A DNA stretch of 64,000 nucleotides from Pirellulales bacterium (GCA_963733035.1 CAVTBU010000005.1:1760001-1824000); one strand, 5' to 3'; positions 52,894-63,734 are shown, counted from the first letter of the stretch. Notes: generated by a model from the sequence alone, not told the origin. Numbers and translations are program-made.

Positions 52894-55515
52894 ATGAAAC
52901 GGTGTCGACGATCCCGGACAACGACGCAGTGGCATTCGTTGGTTCTATCCGTGGTACTGCTGGCGACCACCACCGGCTGCCTGCAGCAGCCGACGCAATC
53001 CGCGACGGATACCGAGCCAAGCGAGCCGCCGGCCAGCCAAACGAAGCAGTCGCCCCCTTTGGCCATGGCCGATGGACCGCAGACCGCCGGACAGCCCGGT
53101 TCGCCCGCCGCCACGACGACAATCCCCGGCAACCAGCTCCCGCCCCCCGACCCGAAATTCGGCGGCGCGATCAAAGAAAACGCGGCCCAGTCGAAGGCGT
53201 GGTGGGCGCCCCGCGTGGTGCCACCGAAGAAAGCGCCAAACATCTTGCTGATCATGACCGACGACGTTGGCTTTGGCGCGCCCAGCACGTTTGGCGGCGT
53301 CATTCCCACGCCGGCGCTCGATCGGATTGCCAGCAGCGGCCTGCGTTACACGAATTTCCATTCCACTTCGCTCTGCTCCCCGACGCGTGCCGCGCTAATC
53401 ACCGGCCGCAACCACCATTCCGCAGGCTTCGGCGTCATCTCCGAGCAGTCCACCGGCTTCCCGGGCTACAACAGCATCATCAATCGCGACAAAGCCACGA
53501 TCGGACGCATCCTGCTGGACAATGGCTTTGCCACCTCGTGGTTTGGCAAGAACCACAATACGCCGACGTTCATGGCGAGCCAGGTCGGCCCGTTCGACCA
53601 GTGGCCAATCGGCATGGGTTTCGAATACTTCTACGGCTTCGTCGGCGGCGACACCAGCCAGTGGCAGCCAAACCTGTTTCGCAACACCACGCCCATCTAT
53701 CCCTACATCGACAAGCCGGGCTGGAATCTCACGACGGCGCAGGCTGACGACGCCGTCAAATGGTTGAACGAAATCAATCAGATCGATCCCAGCAAGCCGT
53801 TCCTCTGCTACTTCGTGCCGGGGGGGACGCACGCGCCGCACCATCCCACGCCGGAGTGGATCAAGAAGATCAGCGACCTGCACCTGTTCGACAAGGGCTG
53901 GAATGCGCTGCGCGAGGAGATCTTCGCCAACCAAAAGCGACTGGGTGTGATTCCAGCCGACGCCAAGCTGACTCCCTGGCCGGATGACTTGCTCAAGCAG
54001 TGGGATCAATGCACCGCCGCCGAAAAGAAATTGTTCATTCGCCAGGTCGAGGTATATGCCGCGTATCTCGCCTACACCGACCATGAAATTGGACGCGTGA
54101 TCCAGGCCGTCGAAGACATGGGCAAGCTCGACAACACGCTTGTCATTTACATCAGCGGCGACAACGGCGGGAGCGTCGAAGGCACCCTGCTTGGCACGCC
54201 CAACGAAGTCGCGGCCTTCAACGGCATCAACGTTCCTGTCGACGTGCAACTTGAAAAATTCTACGACGTGTGGGGCAGCGACCAAACGTACAATCACATG
54301 GCCGTGCCGTGGTCCTGGGCGTTCGACACGCCGTTCCGTTGGTCCAAACAAATCGCTTCGCACTTCGGCGGAATTCGCCAGGGTATGTGCGTGTCGTGGC
54401 CTGGTCACATCGACGATGCGGGCGGTATTCGCCACCAGTTCCACCACGTGATCGACGTCGTGCCTACGCTTCTTGAGGTCTGCGGCATTCCGGCGCCCGA
54501 GCAAGTGGACGGCATTCCGCAAACACCGATCGAAGGCGTGAGTTTTGCCTACACGTTCGACAAAACCAAAGCGAACGCACCGTCCACCCACAAGACGCAG
54601 TACTTCGAAATGATGGGCGATCACGCCATCTACCACGACGGCTGGATCGCCAGCACCAAGGTGATTCGCCCCCCCTGGGAAATCGTCGGGCCGGTCAATC
54701 AGGATCCCTTCAACAACGTCACCTGGGAACTTTATGACCTGAGCAACGACTGGACGCAGGCGGATGACGTGGCCGCCAGCCACCCGGAGAAACTGGCTGA
54801 ACTCAAGCAACTCTTCTCGCGAGAGGCGGAAAAGTACCAGGTGCTGCCGCTTGATGCCTCGGTGGCAACACGCCTGGTGGCGCCGCGTCCGAATCTCACC
54901 GCCGGACGCAGCGAGTTCGTCTATACGGTTCCGATGACGGGCATTCCGCAGGGCGATTCCCCCGTGTTGCTTAACACGTCGTACACAATTACCGCCGAGG
55001 TGGAGATTCCCCAGGGAGGCGGCGAAGGCGTGCTGCTCACTTCCGGAGGTCGATTCGGCGGCTACGGGTTCTACCTGCTCAAGGGCAAGCCGGTGTTCGT
55101 CTGGAACCTGGTCGATCTCGAGCGGATTCGCTGGCAAGGCCCCGACGAGCTTTCGCCGGGCAAGCACACGATCGAGTTCGCCTTCACCTACGACGGTCTC
55201 GGCGCCGGTACGCTCGCATTCAACAGCATGAGCGGCATCGGCCGAAACGGTACCGGGGTGCTCAAGGTCGACGGCCAGCAAGTCGCCGCCCAGAAAATGG
55301 AACGCACGTTGTCGCTGATCATGCAGTGGGACGAGACCTTCGACATCGGCTCCGACACCGGCACGTCCGTCGACGATCAGGACTATCAGATCCCATTCGC
55401 GTTCAATGGCAAATTGAACAAGCTAACGCTCAAGATTGACCGGCCACAGCTGACGCCGGCGGACATCAAGTTGCTTGAGCAGGAGGGTCAGCGAAACAAC
55501 CGAGCCAGCGAGTAA
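52894..55515 (+). CDS. Arylsulfatase (Cys-type formylglycine sulfatase), probably exported or a lipoprotein
   Basis: PNILLIMTDDVG, LCSPTRAALITGRNHH, FGKNH, SGDNG, WELYDL. Confidence 0.93.
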   Translation: MKRCRRSRTTTQWHSLVLSVVLLATTTGCLQQPTQSATDTEPSEPPASQTKQSPPLAMADGPQTAGQPGSPAATTTIPGNQLPPPDPKFGGAIKENAAQSKAWWAPRVVPPKKAPNILLIMTDDVGFGAPSTFGGVIPTPALDRIASSGLRYTNFHSTSLCSPTRAALITGRNHHSAGFGVISEQSTGFPGYNSIINRDKATIGRILLDNGFATSWFGKNHNTPTFMASQVGPFDQWPIGMGFEYFYGFVGGDTSQWQPNLFRNTTPIYPYIDKPGWNLTTAQADDAVKWLNEINQIDPSKPFLCYFVPGGTHAPHHPTPEWIKKISDLHLFDKGWNALREEIFANQKRLGVIPADAKLTPWPDDLLKQWDQCTAAEKKLFIRQVEVYAAYLAYTDHEIGRVIQAVEDMGKLDNTLVIYISGDNGGSVEGTLLGTPNEVAAFNGINVPVDVQLEKFYDVWGSDQTYNHMAVPWSWAFDTPFRWSKQIASHFGGIRQGMCVSWPGHIDDAGGIRHQFHHVIDVVPTLLEVCGIPAPEQVDGIPQTPIEGVSFAYTFDKTKANAPSTHKTQYFEMMGDHAIYHDGWIASTKVIRPPWEIVGPVNQDPFNNVTWELYDLSNDWTQADDVAASHPEKLAELKQLFSREAEKYQVLPLDASVATRLVAPRPNLTAGRSEFVYTVPMTGIPQGDSPVLLNTSYTITAEVEIPQGGGEGVLLTSGGRFGGYGFYLLKGKPVFVWNLVDLERIRWQGPDELSPGKHTIEFAFTYDGLGAGTLAFNSMSGIGRNGTGVLKVDGQQVAAQKMERTLSLIMQWDETFDIGSDTGTSVDDQDYQIPFAFNGKLNKLTLKIDRPQLTPADIKLLEQEGQRNNRASE

Positions 55516-55596
55516 GGTCGCCACTGAACTTCCGCAAGCACTCTCGGATCACGGGGGTGCGTGGTAACTCGCCGCGCACGAGAGACGCCCTGTTTT

Positions 55597-56715
55597 TCAA
55601 AAGAACGTTAGCGCGACCACCAGCATAATCGCATTGAGCCCAAAATAAGTAAGTGGGAAGATCCACCGACAATTGCTGTCGATGCGATCGCCGCGCTGAT
55701 GGCCGCGACGGTCGACCGTGCCCACGTACAGGTTGATTACGACCGTGGCACACATCAGCACGAAACTCAGATTCAGAAACCCGTTCATCAACGTGAAGTA
55801 CGAGACGTTCGGAACGATGCCCCCCAGCGTGATCTGGTAGGCCACCGCCGTGAGGATCCCCACGAATGACACGGCCATGCGGTCGCCGACTGAGGAGCGG
55901 TCCATCCAGAACACCGACCAGGAGAGGATGACAATCAAGCAGAGTGGAACGACGACTAACCGTAGCATGAAGAGGGGCTGCCGGTTTACGTTCATGCTTA
56001 CGACCAGCGCCGACGCGTCGCCCATTCTGTCGGAATCCGCCGCGTTTAGCGTTCGATTCGACGCTTCGATCCCTTCCATGGTCCACTGTGCTAGTTTGGT
56101 TAGAGATCCGTCGGCGGATGCGGAGTTTGGCTCGCTTTTCAGCGCAACCTGACTGGCATCATAGCCGAAGACCCTGAACACTAATTCCAAGCGTTGGCGA
56201 TCGAACGGAAACCGCCTGATATCGAGATCCACTTTTGCGGCCGCCTCGAGTTCTTCGCTCAAGATGCTGGTTCCATCCGGCTTCACGCGTAGCAGGACCG
56301 CCCGACTGTCGTACTGGTCCAAGGCGTTGGCCAGCGTGACTTGGGGATACCAGCCGGGCGATATCTCATTGAACTGATACGAGCCCGAAAAAACCTTCTC
56401 GCTCACGCCCTCCTTGACCGGATCGAACGCCTGGCGTGCGTCCTTCCAAACTAGCGTGAGAACGCCCGAGAAGGCGACCTTTTCCGCTTCGTCGTCGATC
56501 TCGGTGATGCCGAGCAGTTGAAACGAAGCGCGAACCACCAGCGGTCCGTCGACTTTCGGAAAGCCGAGTAGAACCGAATCGCTCGCGGCCGCTGGCGGAG
56601 GCTCGGCGATCGGTTGGGCGGTGACCGCCGGCGAGCAGCAAACAATCATCACCGCAAGTCGCGCGACGCTGGCAATTCGCTTACGCATCGCGTCGCAGTA
56701 GTTCTTGAGATTCAT
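55597..56715 (-). CDS. Prokaryotic pentameric ligand-gated ion channel (GLIC/ELIC-like)
   Basis: Signal peptide; beta-rich extracellular domain with W-x-D-x-R, WYPQV and LDIRRFPFDRQ Pro-loop; four TM helices (VVPLCLIVILSWSVFWM, M2 DRMAVSFVGILTAVAY, PNVSYFT, RWIFP). Confidence 0.85.
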   Translation of the reverse strand: MNLKNYCDAMRKRIASVARLAVMIVCCSPAVTAQPIAEPPPAAASDSVLLGFPKVDGPLVVRASFQLLGITEIDDEAEKVAFSGVLTLVWKDARQAFDPVKEGVSEKVFSGSYQFNEISPGWYPQVTLANALDQYDSRAVLLRVKPDGTSILSEELEAAAKVDLDIRRFPFDRQRLELVFRVFGYDASQVALKSEPNSASADGSLTKLAQWTMEGIEASNRTLNAADSDRMGDASALVVSMNVNRQPLFMLRLVVVPLCLIVILSWSVFWMDRSSVGDRMAVSFVGILTAVAYQITLGGIVPNVSYFTLMNGFLNLSFVLMCATVVINLYVGTVDRRGHQRGDRIDSNCRWIFPLTYFGLNAIMLVVALTFF

Positions 56716-57122
56716 AGGCCTTCCCGAGCAGTTGAATTGGGTCCATCGGCCAGAGCAACTTGGCATCGGTCCGCCGCAGCGGCTCAGACCCGCCTGGTTT
56801 AGACCGTGGGCACTCGAAAGGACAGGTCGTTGTTGGAGATTGCCAAGAAGGTGATTAGATCAACCGACCGACGGTCCGAAAAGCACATCCGCGCTCAATT
56901 TTCCTGTAACAATCGACCGCGGCCCGCGCTGAAGATGGTATCCACAGCCAGGCATCACCCCCCGCGACCACTTATCCGGCGGCGCGATCGCTATGATCAG
57001 CGACTTCCACACCGTTTGTACAGAGTCCGATTGAGCCCAACGGCAAAGAAAGCTTATAGTTCTTCCCTGCATCGTTCGATTTGAGACAGGCAGCTAACAC
57101 CCCCCGTTCAGGATGCACTGCA

Positions 57123-59867
57123 ATGACGACCGTCAACCTCGACCCAGCACGCACTCGCATTTTGTTGCTAGCCGTCTTGATGCTGCTGACCCTGGGTGTA
57201 ACCGGCGCCATCGCTGCCGAGCCGGCCACGCCGCAGGCCGCCGCTCGCGTGCTCGACCTGCGCACCTTTCCGCGGCCCAATGGGGCCGCCGAGAGTTCTC
57301 TAAGGACCCTCGGCATGCTGATGTACGAATCGCCCGTTTCGGCCGCGGCCGCCTTCGACTTCCAACAACAGCAGCTCACGAAGGCCGGCTGGAAGGTGCA
57401 GCCGGGCGCCTATCACGATGCCAACAACCATTCGGCGCAATTCAACAAGCAGGGCTACTCGCTCGCGGTTTCCACGTCGAGCGTGATGGGCGAACCCGAC
57501 AAGCAAGGCTGGTCGCGCATGGCGCTTATCAATCACGGCAACGTACAGGCCGCGAATCTGCCGGTGCCCAAGGGCGTCAAGCCGTTCGGATCCTATGGCG
57601 GCGACGCTTCGTACCTGAGCGATGCCAAGGTGGCCGACGCCGCCAGCGCGTGTCGCAAGTTGCTCACGTCCGCCGGCTGGACACCCTACGGCTCGGCCGG
57701 TAGCGACGACGCACCGATGATGTATTTCAAGAAGAACGCCATTCGGGTGATGGCCTGGATATCGACCGCGCCGGCCCAGGGCAACAAAACGATGATTCGC
57801 TACAGCACGGAACTGTTGTCGGCCGATCTGCCCGTGCCGCCCAATGCTCCGGATCCGCGCTACAACGACACCGACAAATCGCTGAGCTTCGACTTCCCCG
57901 GCGAAGACAGCTTGCCGGTTATCGCGTTCTACCAGGAGGCCCTGCCCAAGCTTGGTTGGCAGGCAACAACCGACAAGCCAATCCGCGACGACGGCAAGAG
58001 AACGGAGTTCCTCATTTTCCGCAATTCCGACCGCGACATGATCTCGCTCGATCTGGAACACTTCAACGAGATTGTGCGCGTCAAAGTTGAGTACGACACG
58101 GCCGCCGAAGTTCAGGAGGAAGAGCGCCTGGCCAAGGAAGCCGCCCGAAAAAAGTTGGCCGAGCGTGAAGCCGCCAGGTTGGCCGGTGACGACAAGCCCA
58201 CTCAGCCCAAGCTGCCCGCCGGCGTGGAGATTCCCGAACTGCCCGACACCGACGATGTCGGCGGCTTGCTCAAAGCCGCCCAAAAAATGGCCGACGACGC
58301 GATCGGCGAAGCCCGGCAGGCCGTCAAAGAAGCCGGTGGCGCTCCGCAAAAACCGGCCGCGCCTGCGGGTCCGGCACGCGTTGCCGACATCGCCATGCCC
58401 GACGGCGCCGGAGTCGAGTACAACAATATTGTCAAGATGATCAAGGTCACCAGCGCCGACGACGTTGCCACGCTCGCCAAGTTCTTCCTCGATTCGCTGC
58501 CCGCTGGCGGTTGGGCGGCAGCTCCGAATCCGCTCGTCACCGACGACTCCGCGATTCTGAAGTTCACGCGTGGCGAGGCCACGCTGACCATCATGGCGGG
58601 GGGCGAAGATTCCGGCAGCGAGGCCACCCTCATCTGCAAAGGCGTCAATTGGGACCAGGTCCCACCATCGCGCGCCGCGGCCAAAACGCCGGCCAAGGTT
58701 GCCAGCAGCGACAATAAAGCCGAGCTGCCCGCCGCCGATCACTCCGCCGACGACGAACCAAAACCAATCAAACTCAAATACGCGGCCAAAGTTTCGGCGG
58801 CCGAACAAAAGCAAACCGGCGCGACAATTGAGGCCGGCGGCAAGAAGTTCGCACTCGCCTATGGCGTGGCCTACCAGGCTGTCGACGACGGCCAGCAGAA
58901 AACCGAAGTCCTGCTGTCCACCAAGCCGATCAACGTCGACAAGCTCGTCGCCCTGCTCAACAACGGTCAGGACGGCGGCGACGCCATCAGCTTCGAACCA
59001 CAGCTCAAACTGCGCTACGACGCCGAAGGCAAGCTCAGCTACCTGTTTTTGTATGCCGACGGCCTCTCGGTAAACCTCAGCGGCCAGGGCGAGGATAAAA
59101 TCGAATCGCAACTCACGATCGACGGCGATCGCGCACGAGGCAAAACGCGCCTCGTGCAGCCTGGCAAGCTGTTCGACAATGAGTACACGTTCACCGCTCC
59201 GTTCGACGTGAAGCGGATCACCGGCACCGCCCCGTCAGGCAACGCCAATCCCGCCGAGCCGCCCGAGGCGCTGGCCGGCGAGGATTTCAACGGGCTGCCC
59301 GTACCGCTCATTACGACCAATCGATCGTCGACCGGCAGCCCATTTCGCAACACGATTGAGGTTTCGATCCCGGCGCCGCTGGCCGCGGTGGTCGATTTTT
59401 ACCGCACCGCGCTCGCCAAGTCCGGCTGGAAAGAAGACGCTCGGGCGGCAAAGCTGACGGGCGACGGCGCGACGCTCGCCTTCACCAGCAGCGAAGGCAC
59501 GCTCAGCGTCGGGCTCACCAGGCAGGACGACAAAACGCAAGCCACGCTCGCCGCTCGCTTCCCCGCGAAGGCGCAAGCCGCAGGCATCGCCCCTCAGGCC
59601 GGCAAGGGACGCCTGATCCTCGGCAACGCCGGCGACCGCGAAGTCGTCATCGTCATCAACGGCCAGCAATACAAGGTTGCCGCCGGCAAGGGCGCCCAAA
59701 ATCCCAAGGACGGCGTTTCGTTGCACGTGCTGCCGGGCAACTACAACGTCTCCATCAAATCCGCCGGCCAACAAGACAAAAGCGAAAAGCTGAAAATCGC
59801 CGTCGGCGAAACCTGGGGCGTCATCGTTTTGCCCACCGGCGGATATTTCGCCGATCAGGTGTATTGA
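57123..59867 (+). CDS. Large secreted protein with five repeated alpha/beta modules
   Basis: Signal peptide; five copies of a (V/A)xxFYxxxLxxxGW-type motif. Confidence 0.75.
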   Translation: MTTVNLDPARTRILLLAVLMLLTLGVTGAIAAEPATPQAAARVLDLRTFPRPNGAAESSLRTLGMLMYESPVSAAAAFDFQQQQLTKAGWKVQPGAYHDANNHSAQFNKQGYSLAVSTSSVMGEPDKQGWSRMALINHGNVQAANLPVPKGVKPFGSYGGDASYLSDAKVADAASACRKLLTSAGWTPYGSAGSDDAPMMYFKKNAIRVMAWISTAPAQGNKTMIRYSTELLSADLPVPPNAPDPRYNDTDKSLSFDFPGEDSLPVIAFYQEALPKLGWQATTDKPIRDDGKRTEFLIFRNSDRDMISLDLEHFNEIVRVKVEYDTAAEVQEEERLAKEAARKKLAEREAARLAGDDKPTQPKLPAGVEIPELPDTDDVGGLLKAAQKMADDAIGEARQAVKEAGGAPQKPAAPAGPARVADIAMPDGAGVEYNNIVKMIKVTSADDVATLAKFFLDSLPAGGWAAAPNPLVTDDSAILKFTRGEATLTIMAGGEDSGSEATLICKGVNWDQVPPSRAAAKTPAKVASSDNKAELPAADHSADDEPKPIKLKYAAKVSAAEQKQTGATIEAGGKKFALAYGVAYQAVDDGQQKTEVLLSTKPINVDKLVALLNNGQDGGDAISFEPQLKLRYDAEGKLSYLFLYADGLSVNLSGQGEDKIESQLTIDGDRARGKTRLVQPGKLFDNEYTFTAPFDVKRITGTAPSGNANPAEPPEALAGEDFNGLPVPLITTNRSSTGSPFRNTIEVSIPAPLAAVVDFYRTALAKSGWKEDARAAKLTGDGATLAFTSSEGTLSVGLTRQDDKTQATLAARFPAKAQAAGIAPQAGKGRLILGNAGDREVVIVINGQQYKVAAGKGAQNPKDGVSLHVLPGNYNVSIKSAGQQDKSEKLKIAVGETWGVIVLPTGGYFADQVY

Positions 59868-60024
59868 GTTCATCGCGAAACGGTGCCCGCGGAATCTAGC
59901 TCGCCGCCACGATTGCTCGTGAGGGTCGCCCTTTGAATAGTTAGCGAAGTTTCAGTTTTTCGTCTATACTTCGAAAAACGCCCCCCCCACCTTGAGAGGC
60001 AAACCCCCTTGGCAGGTGCATCCC

Positions 60025-63000
60025 ATGAACCGAAACACCCCGTTTCGCCTGCTTGAGAGCTTTTCGACCTCGGCACCGACCCCTGAACTGGTTCGGCGTA
60101 CTGTCTTACGGTTCGAGCCGCTCGAAGATCGCAAGATGCTGGTCGCGACGACGGTGTACGTGAATGACGACTGGACTGACATTGATAATCCGGGTGGACC
60201 GGTTCAAATCGGTGACTTCGTCCAAAGCTCCATCGGCACCGATGGGGTCTCCGTCATCGCCGAGTACGGTTTCGACGCCTTCGGCACGGTCGAGGGGAGC
60301 ACCCAACCAGGCGCTGCCACGATTTACGATGCCATTCAGGCCACGAGCACAGGCGGCACGCTGAATCTGTTGGGCGGCACCTATGCCGAGTCGGACATCG
60401 TCATCGATCGTCCCATGTCGTTCATTGGCCAGGGCACGACCGGCGCCACCGCCTCGGTGATCGTTCCGGAAGTGGTTTCGGCCGCTGTGCAAGAAAACTT
60501 CGGCGTCGGCACCCACTCGGGCATCATCATCTACTCGCCGACCGTCAACATTGCCAACGTCCGCGTCGACGGTGCCGGCAACGGTTCATTGGCCGGCAGC
60601 TACAACTTCCACCAGGGCATCACCACCCTCTACGACACGCAGAACGGTGGCGACTACAATTCGCTGCATAACGGTCTACTCCCCCTGATCCAACTGGGCG
60701 CGGACGGCAGCGGCGAGGGGGGTGCCGGCAGCTCGATTCCAGACATCTCGATCGACAACGTCTCGGTCAGCAACGCCTACTGGCATGGCGTCACGATCTC
60801 GGCCCTGCAGGACCTGGCGTTCGATCCCGGCTCTGCCGAAAACTACAACCTGCAGATCACCAATTCGCAAATCAGCGACATCGGTGATGTCAAAGACGTC
60901 AATCGCGTTGGTGTCCTGCTGCAGAACCTGACCGACGAAGACAATTCAATGGGCAATGCCCGTTATGTCACCGTGACGAATGCGGGCGTCGGTTTCAAGT
61001 CGAATGCATATGGCTCGAGTCCGGTCTTTGGCCAGAACCACGGTGCCACCAATCGGTCGTACCTGCGATACGACACGGCCATTGATCCGGTCGTATACGG
61101 CTTTGATGTCAATTTTGCCGACCGTAGCGACTCCTACGGCTGGCACGTCTCGGTCAGCAACCCGGCCAACACAGCGGTTGGTGTTCACCTCAACTACGCC
61201 CGCTCGCAACTGGTTGGAGCTGTGATTACCGGGGCCAAGATTGGTGTCGAGGTGCAGAACGCCCCTGTAGCGCCGACCGGCAACACGGTCTTTTCCGGGC
61301 TCGGTTGGGAAACGTCGATCACCGGTCCGGCCGGCGCGCCTGCCGGCTCGGTCGGCTCGCTCATCACCAGCGGTGCCGGCGACCAGTACGGCGTGGACAC
61401 GACCATCAGCCCCGACGTTGCAATTTCCGGCTTCGATACCGGCGTCAAGATTGAGCAGCCCAACATGCCTGCCAGCGGCCGGCCGAACACGGTGATCTGG
61501 GCTGGCAACACCTACTCGAACGGTGGGAAGACCGCCCGGCTTTCCGGCAACACCACCGACATTTCGGTCGGCAACAATGCCGTCCTGAGCGGTGCAGCGA
61601 ACGTCGCGGGGAGCATCGTGACCTCGGGCAACGCCACGGTCGATCCGCGGATGTACAACTGGAATCCGCAGAGCCCGTACTACTACGACGGCCCAGGTAA
61701 TTCCGGCAACGGCGCTGCCGCCCCGGCCAACGCCGACCAGTGGAACTCCGGCAACCTCACCCTGGGCAGCAGCTCGACCTACTCGGCCCTGCTCTCCGGT
61801 AAAACCGCCAGTGCCGACCTGTTCAACTTCAACAGTGCGGCGACCTACAACTTCGCCGCCCCGCCGTCCGATCCGGTCGATGGCGTGGTGGCACAGCCGT
61901 ACGGTGCTCTGTATGGCTGGTATGGGCACGTCACGCAGTCGGGCGACGGGGTTCTTAACGTCACCGGTGCCCCGAACGGCGACGGGTACGAGTACATGTT
62001 CGGCTCGAACAACACGCCGATCACCAGCGGTCCGAATGCCGGCCAGTACCAGCTCGTTGGCACCGACATTTCGGCGATGTCGCAAATCAACTTAAAGGTG
62101 ATGCTGAATCCCGACAACGAAAGTCATGCGTTTGTGTTCGGTTTGCTCGACTTCCGCGGCAACGCCAATGCCTGGACCGTCGACGCCACGCAACTCAGCT
62201 CGACAACCTGGACGACGCTCTCGTTCGACTTGTTGACACCCTCGATCGACCTGACCGGCCCCGATAGTCACCTCGACCTGACGAATGTCGCCGGCTGGGT
62301 GTTTGGTGGCGACCAGGGCCTGGCCAACGACATGCACACGGTCCCGACCAGCTTCCAGGTGGACGACATCAGTGTCTCCAGCGTGCCCAACAGCGAGCTC
62401 AACGTGACAGGTACGGTATCGTTGGGTGGAGCAGCTCTGAACGTCAATCCGCAAACTTCGCCCACGGTAGGCCAAACGTGGACCCTCGTTAACAACGATG
62501 GGGCCGATGCGGTCTCGGGCACGTTCTCCAACGTCGGGCAATTCTCGGTGTCCTATACCGGTGGCGACGGGAATGACGTCGTCACGACTCTCGGATGTAT
62601 TTGTCCCCCGCCGGACGTCCGCACTTACCTCTTCTACAACAACTCGGCCTACGACGCCAACACGCCCGGCATCAGCGCCTCGGACGACGCGGCGATCGCC
62701 ACGGACAAAACCCCCTTCAACGGCGTGGGGACCGCGCCGACCAGTGCGTTTGCCAGCTACAGCAAGGGCATCAACGGCATTATGGTGGATATCTTAAACC
62801 CGCCGGCCAACCTGTCGCTGTCCGACTTCACCTTCAAGGTCGGCACCAACAACATGCCCAATCTCTGGGCAAACGCTCCGGCTCCGACCGCCTTTTCGAT
62901 CAGGCCGGGCGCCGGTTATGCTGGCTGGGACCGGGTGGAAATCATCTGGGCCGACGGTGCCATTGCCAACGAGTGGCTGCAGGTCGTGGTCGAAGGAAAC

Positions 63001-63600
63001 GACGCGATCGGTGGCAACAACACCCATACGGGATTGGCGACCAGCGACGTGTTCTTCTACGCCAACCGCATCGGCGACAACTTCCTCGGCGAGCCGTCAA
63101 CGCTGGTGGTGACCAACGCGGGCGACGAGATTTACGCTCGTACCAACACGGGCTTCTTGTTGCCGGTCACCAACATCACGGACTTCAACAAGGACAAGTT
63201 CGTGAACGCGGCCGACCAGATTGTCGCCCGTACCAACGGCGGCTTTTTGACGCGCGTGATCAACTGGGTCCCGCCGGCAGCTCCCGTAGCCTCGCCGACG
63301 CTGGCCACCAGCAGCAACGACGGGACCAGTTCGGCCGTGGTATCGGCCCTAGCTGTTCAACGCCAGAGTAAGTTGGATCCGCCGACACGCAGCCCGCGGA
63401 ATTCAACTCTGGGCTCTTCCGGGACGGTGCCGAACCGAAACACGCACCATGCCACTACGCACGCGCTACGAAGTAGCGAGGACCTGGAACGTCTCGTTGC
63501 GTCCGCGGTGGAACCCTATGACGCCCCCGCGCTTGAATCGTCGCTCGACGACCTCCTGGCCGACGCTGGCAAAAACAAATCCGCCAAATCGCTCCTGTGA
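60025..63600 (+). CDS. Large planctomycete extracellular protein (beta-helix-like, C-terminal FYNNS/dockerin-like region)
   Basis: LRFEPLEDRKML leader; Gly/Asn/Thr-rich beta repeats; YTGGDGNDV; FYNNS...SYSKGINGIMVDI...DFNKDKFVNAAD. Confidence 0.8.
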   Translation: MNRNTPFRLLESFSTSAPTPELVRRTVLRFEPLEDRKMLVATTVYVNDDWTDIDNPGGPVQIGDFVQSSIGTDGVSVIAEYGFDAFGTVEGSTQPGAATIYDAIQATSTGGTLNLLGGTYAESDIVIDRPMSFIGQGTTGATASVIVPEVVSAAVQENFGVGTHSGIIIYSPTVNIANVRVDGAGNGSLAGSYNFHQGITTLYDTQNGGDYNSLHNGLLPLIQLGADGSGEGGAGSSIPDISIDNVSVSNAYWHGVTISALQDLAFDPGSAENYNLQITNSQISDIGDVKDVNRVGVLLQNLTDEDNSMGNARYVTVTNAGVGFKSNAYGSSPVFGQNHGATNRSYLRYDTAIDPVVYGFDVNFADRSDSYGWHVSVSNPANTAVGVHLNYARSQLVGAVITGAKIGVEVQNAPVAPTGNTVFSGLGWETSITGPAGAPAGSVGSLITSGAGDQYGVDTTISPDVAISGFDTGVKIEQPNMPASGRPNTVIWAGNTYSNGGKTARLSGNTTDISVGNNAVLSGAANVAGSIVTSGNATVDPRMYNWNPQSPYYYDGPGNSGNGAAAPANADQWNSGNLTLGSSSTYSALLSGKTASADLFNFNSAATYNFAAPPSDPVDGVVAQPYGALYGWYGHVTQSGDGVLNVTGAPNGDGYEYMFGSNNTPITSGPNAGQYQLVGTDISAMSQINLKVMLNPDNESHAFVFGLLDFRGNANAWTVDATQLSSTTWTTLSFDLLTPSIDLTGPDSHLDLTNVAGWVFGGDQGLANDMHTVPTSFQVDDISVSSVPNSELNVTGTVSLGGAALNVNPQTSPTVGQTWTLVNNDGADAVSGTFSNVGQFSVSYTGGDGNDVVTTLGCICPPPDVRTYLFYNNSAYDANTPGISASDDAAIATDKTPFNGVGTAPTSAFASYSKGINGIMVDILNPPANLSLSDFTFKVGTNNMPNLWANAPAPTAFSIRPGAGYAGWDRVEIIWADGAIANEWLQVVVEGNDAIGGNNTHTGLATSDVFFYANRIGDNFLGEPSTLVVTNAGDEIYARTNTGFLLPVTNITDFNKDKFVNAADQIVARTNGGFLTRVINWVPPAAPVASPTLATSSNDGTSSAVVSALAVQRQSKLDPPTRSPRNSTLGSSGTVPNRNTHHATTHALRSSEDLERLVASAVEPYDAPALESSLDDLLADAGKNKSAKSLL

Positions 63601-63734
63601 ATGAATCGCCTTCGCCGTGCTACTGCTTCACTACGCGCCGATCCTTGCCTCTTCAGCAGCAGCCAACTCCTGCGGCGCGAGCGTCCGCGTATTCGCCAAG
63701 ACGTCCGACCAAAAAACGGCTTGGAAACTCCGAA

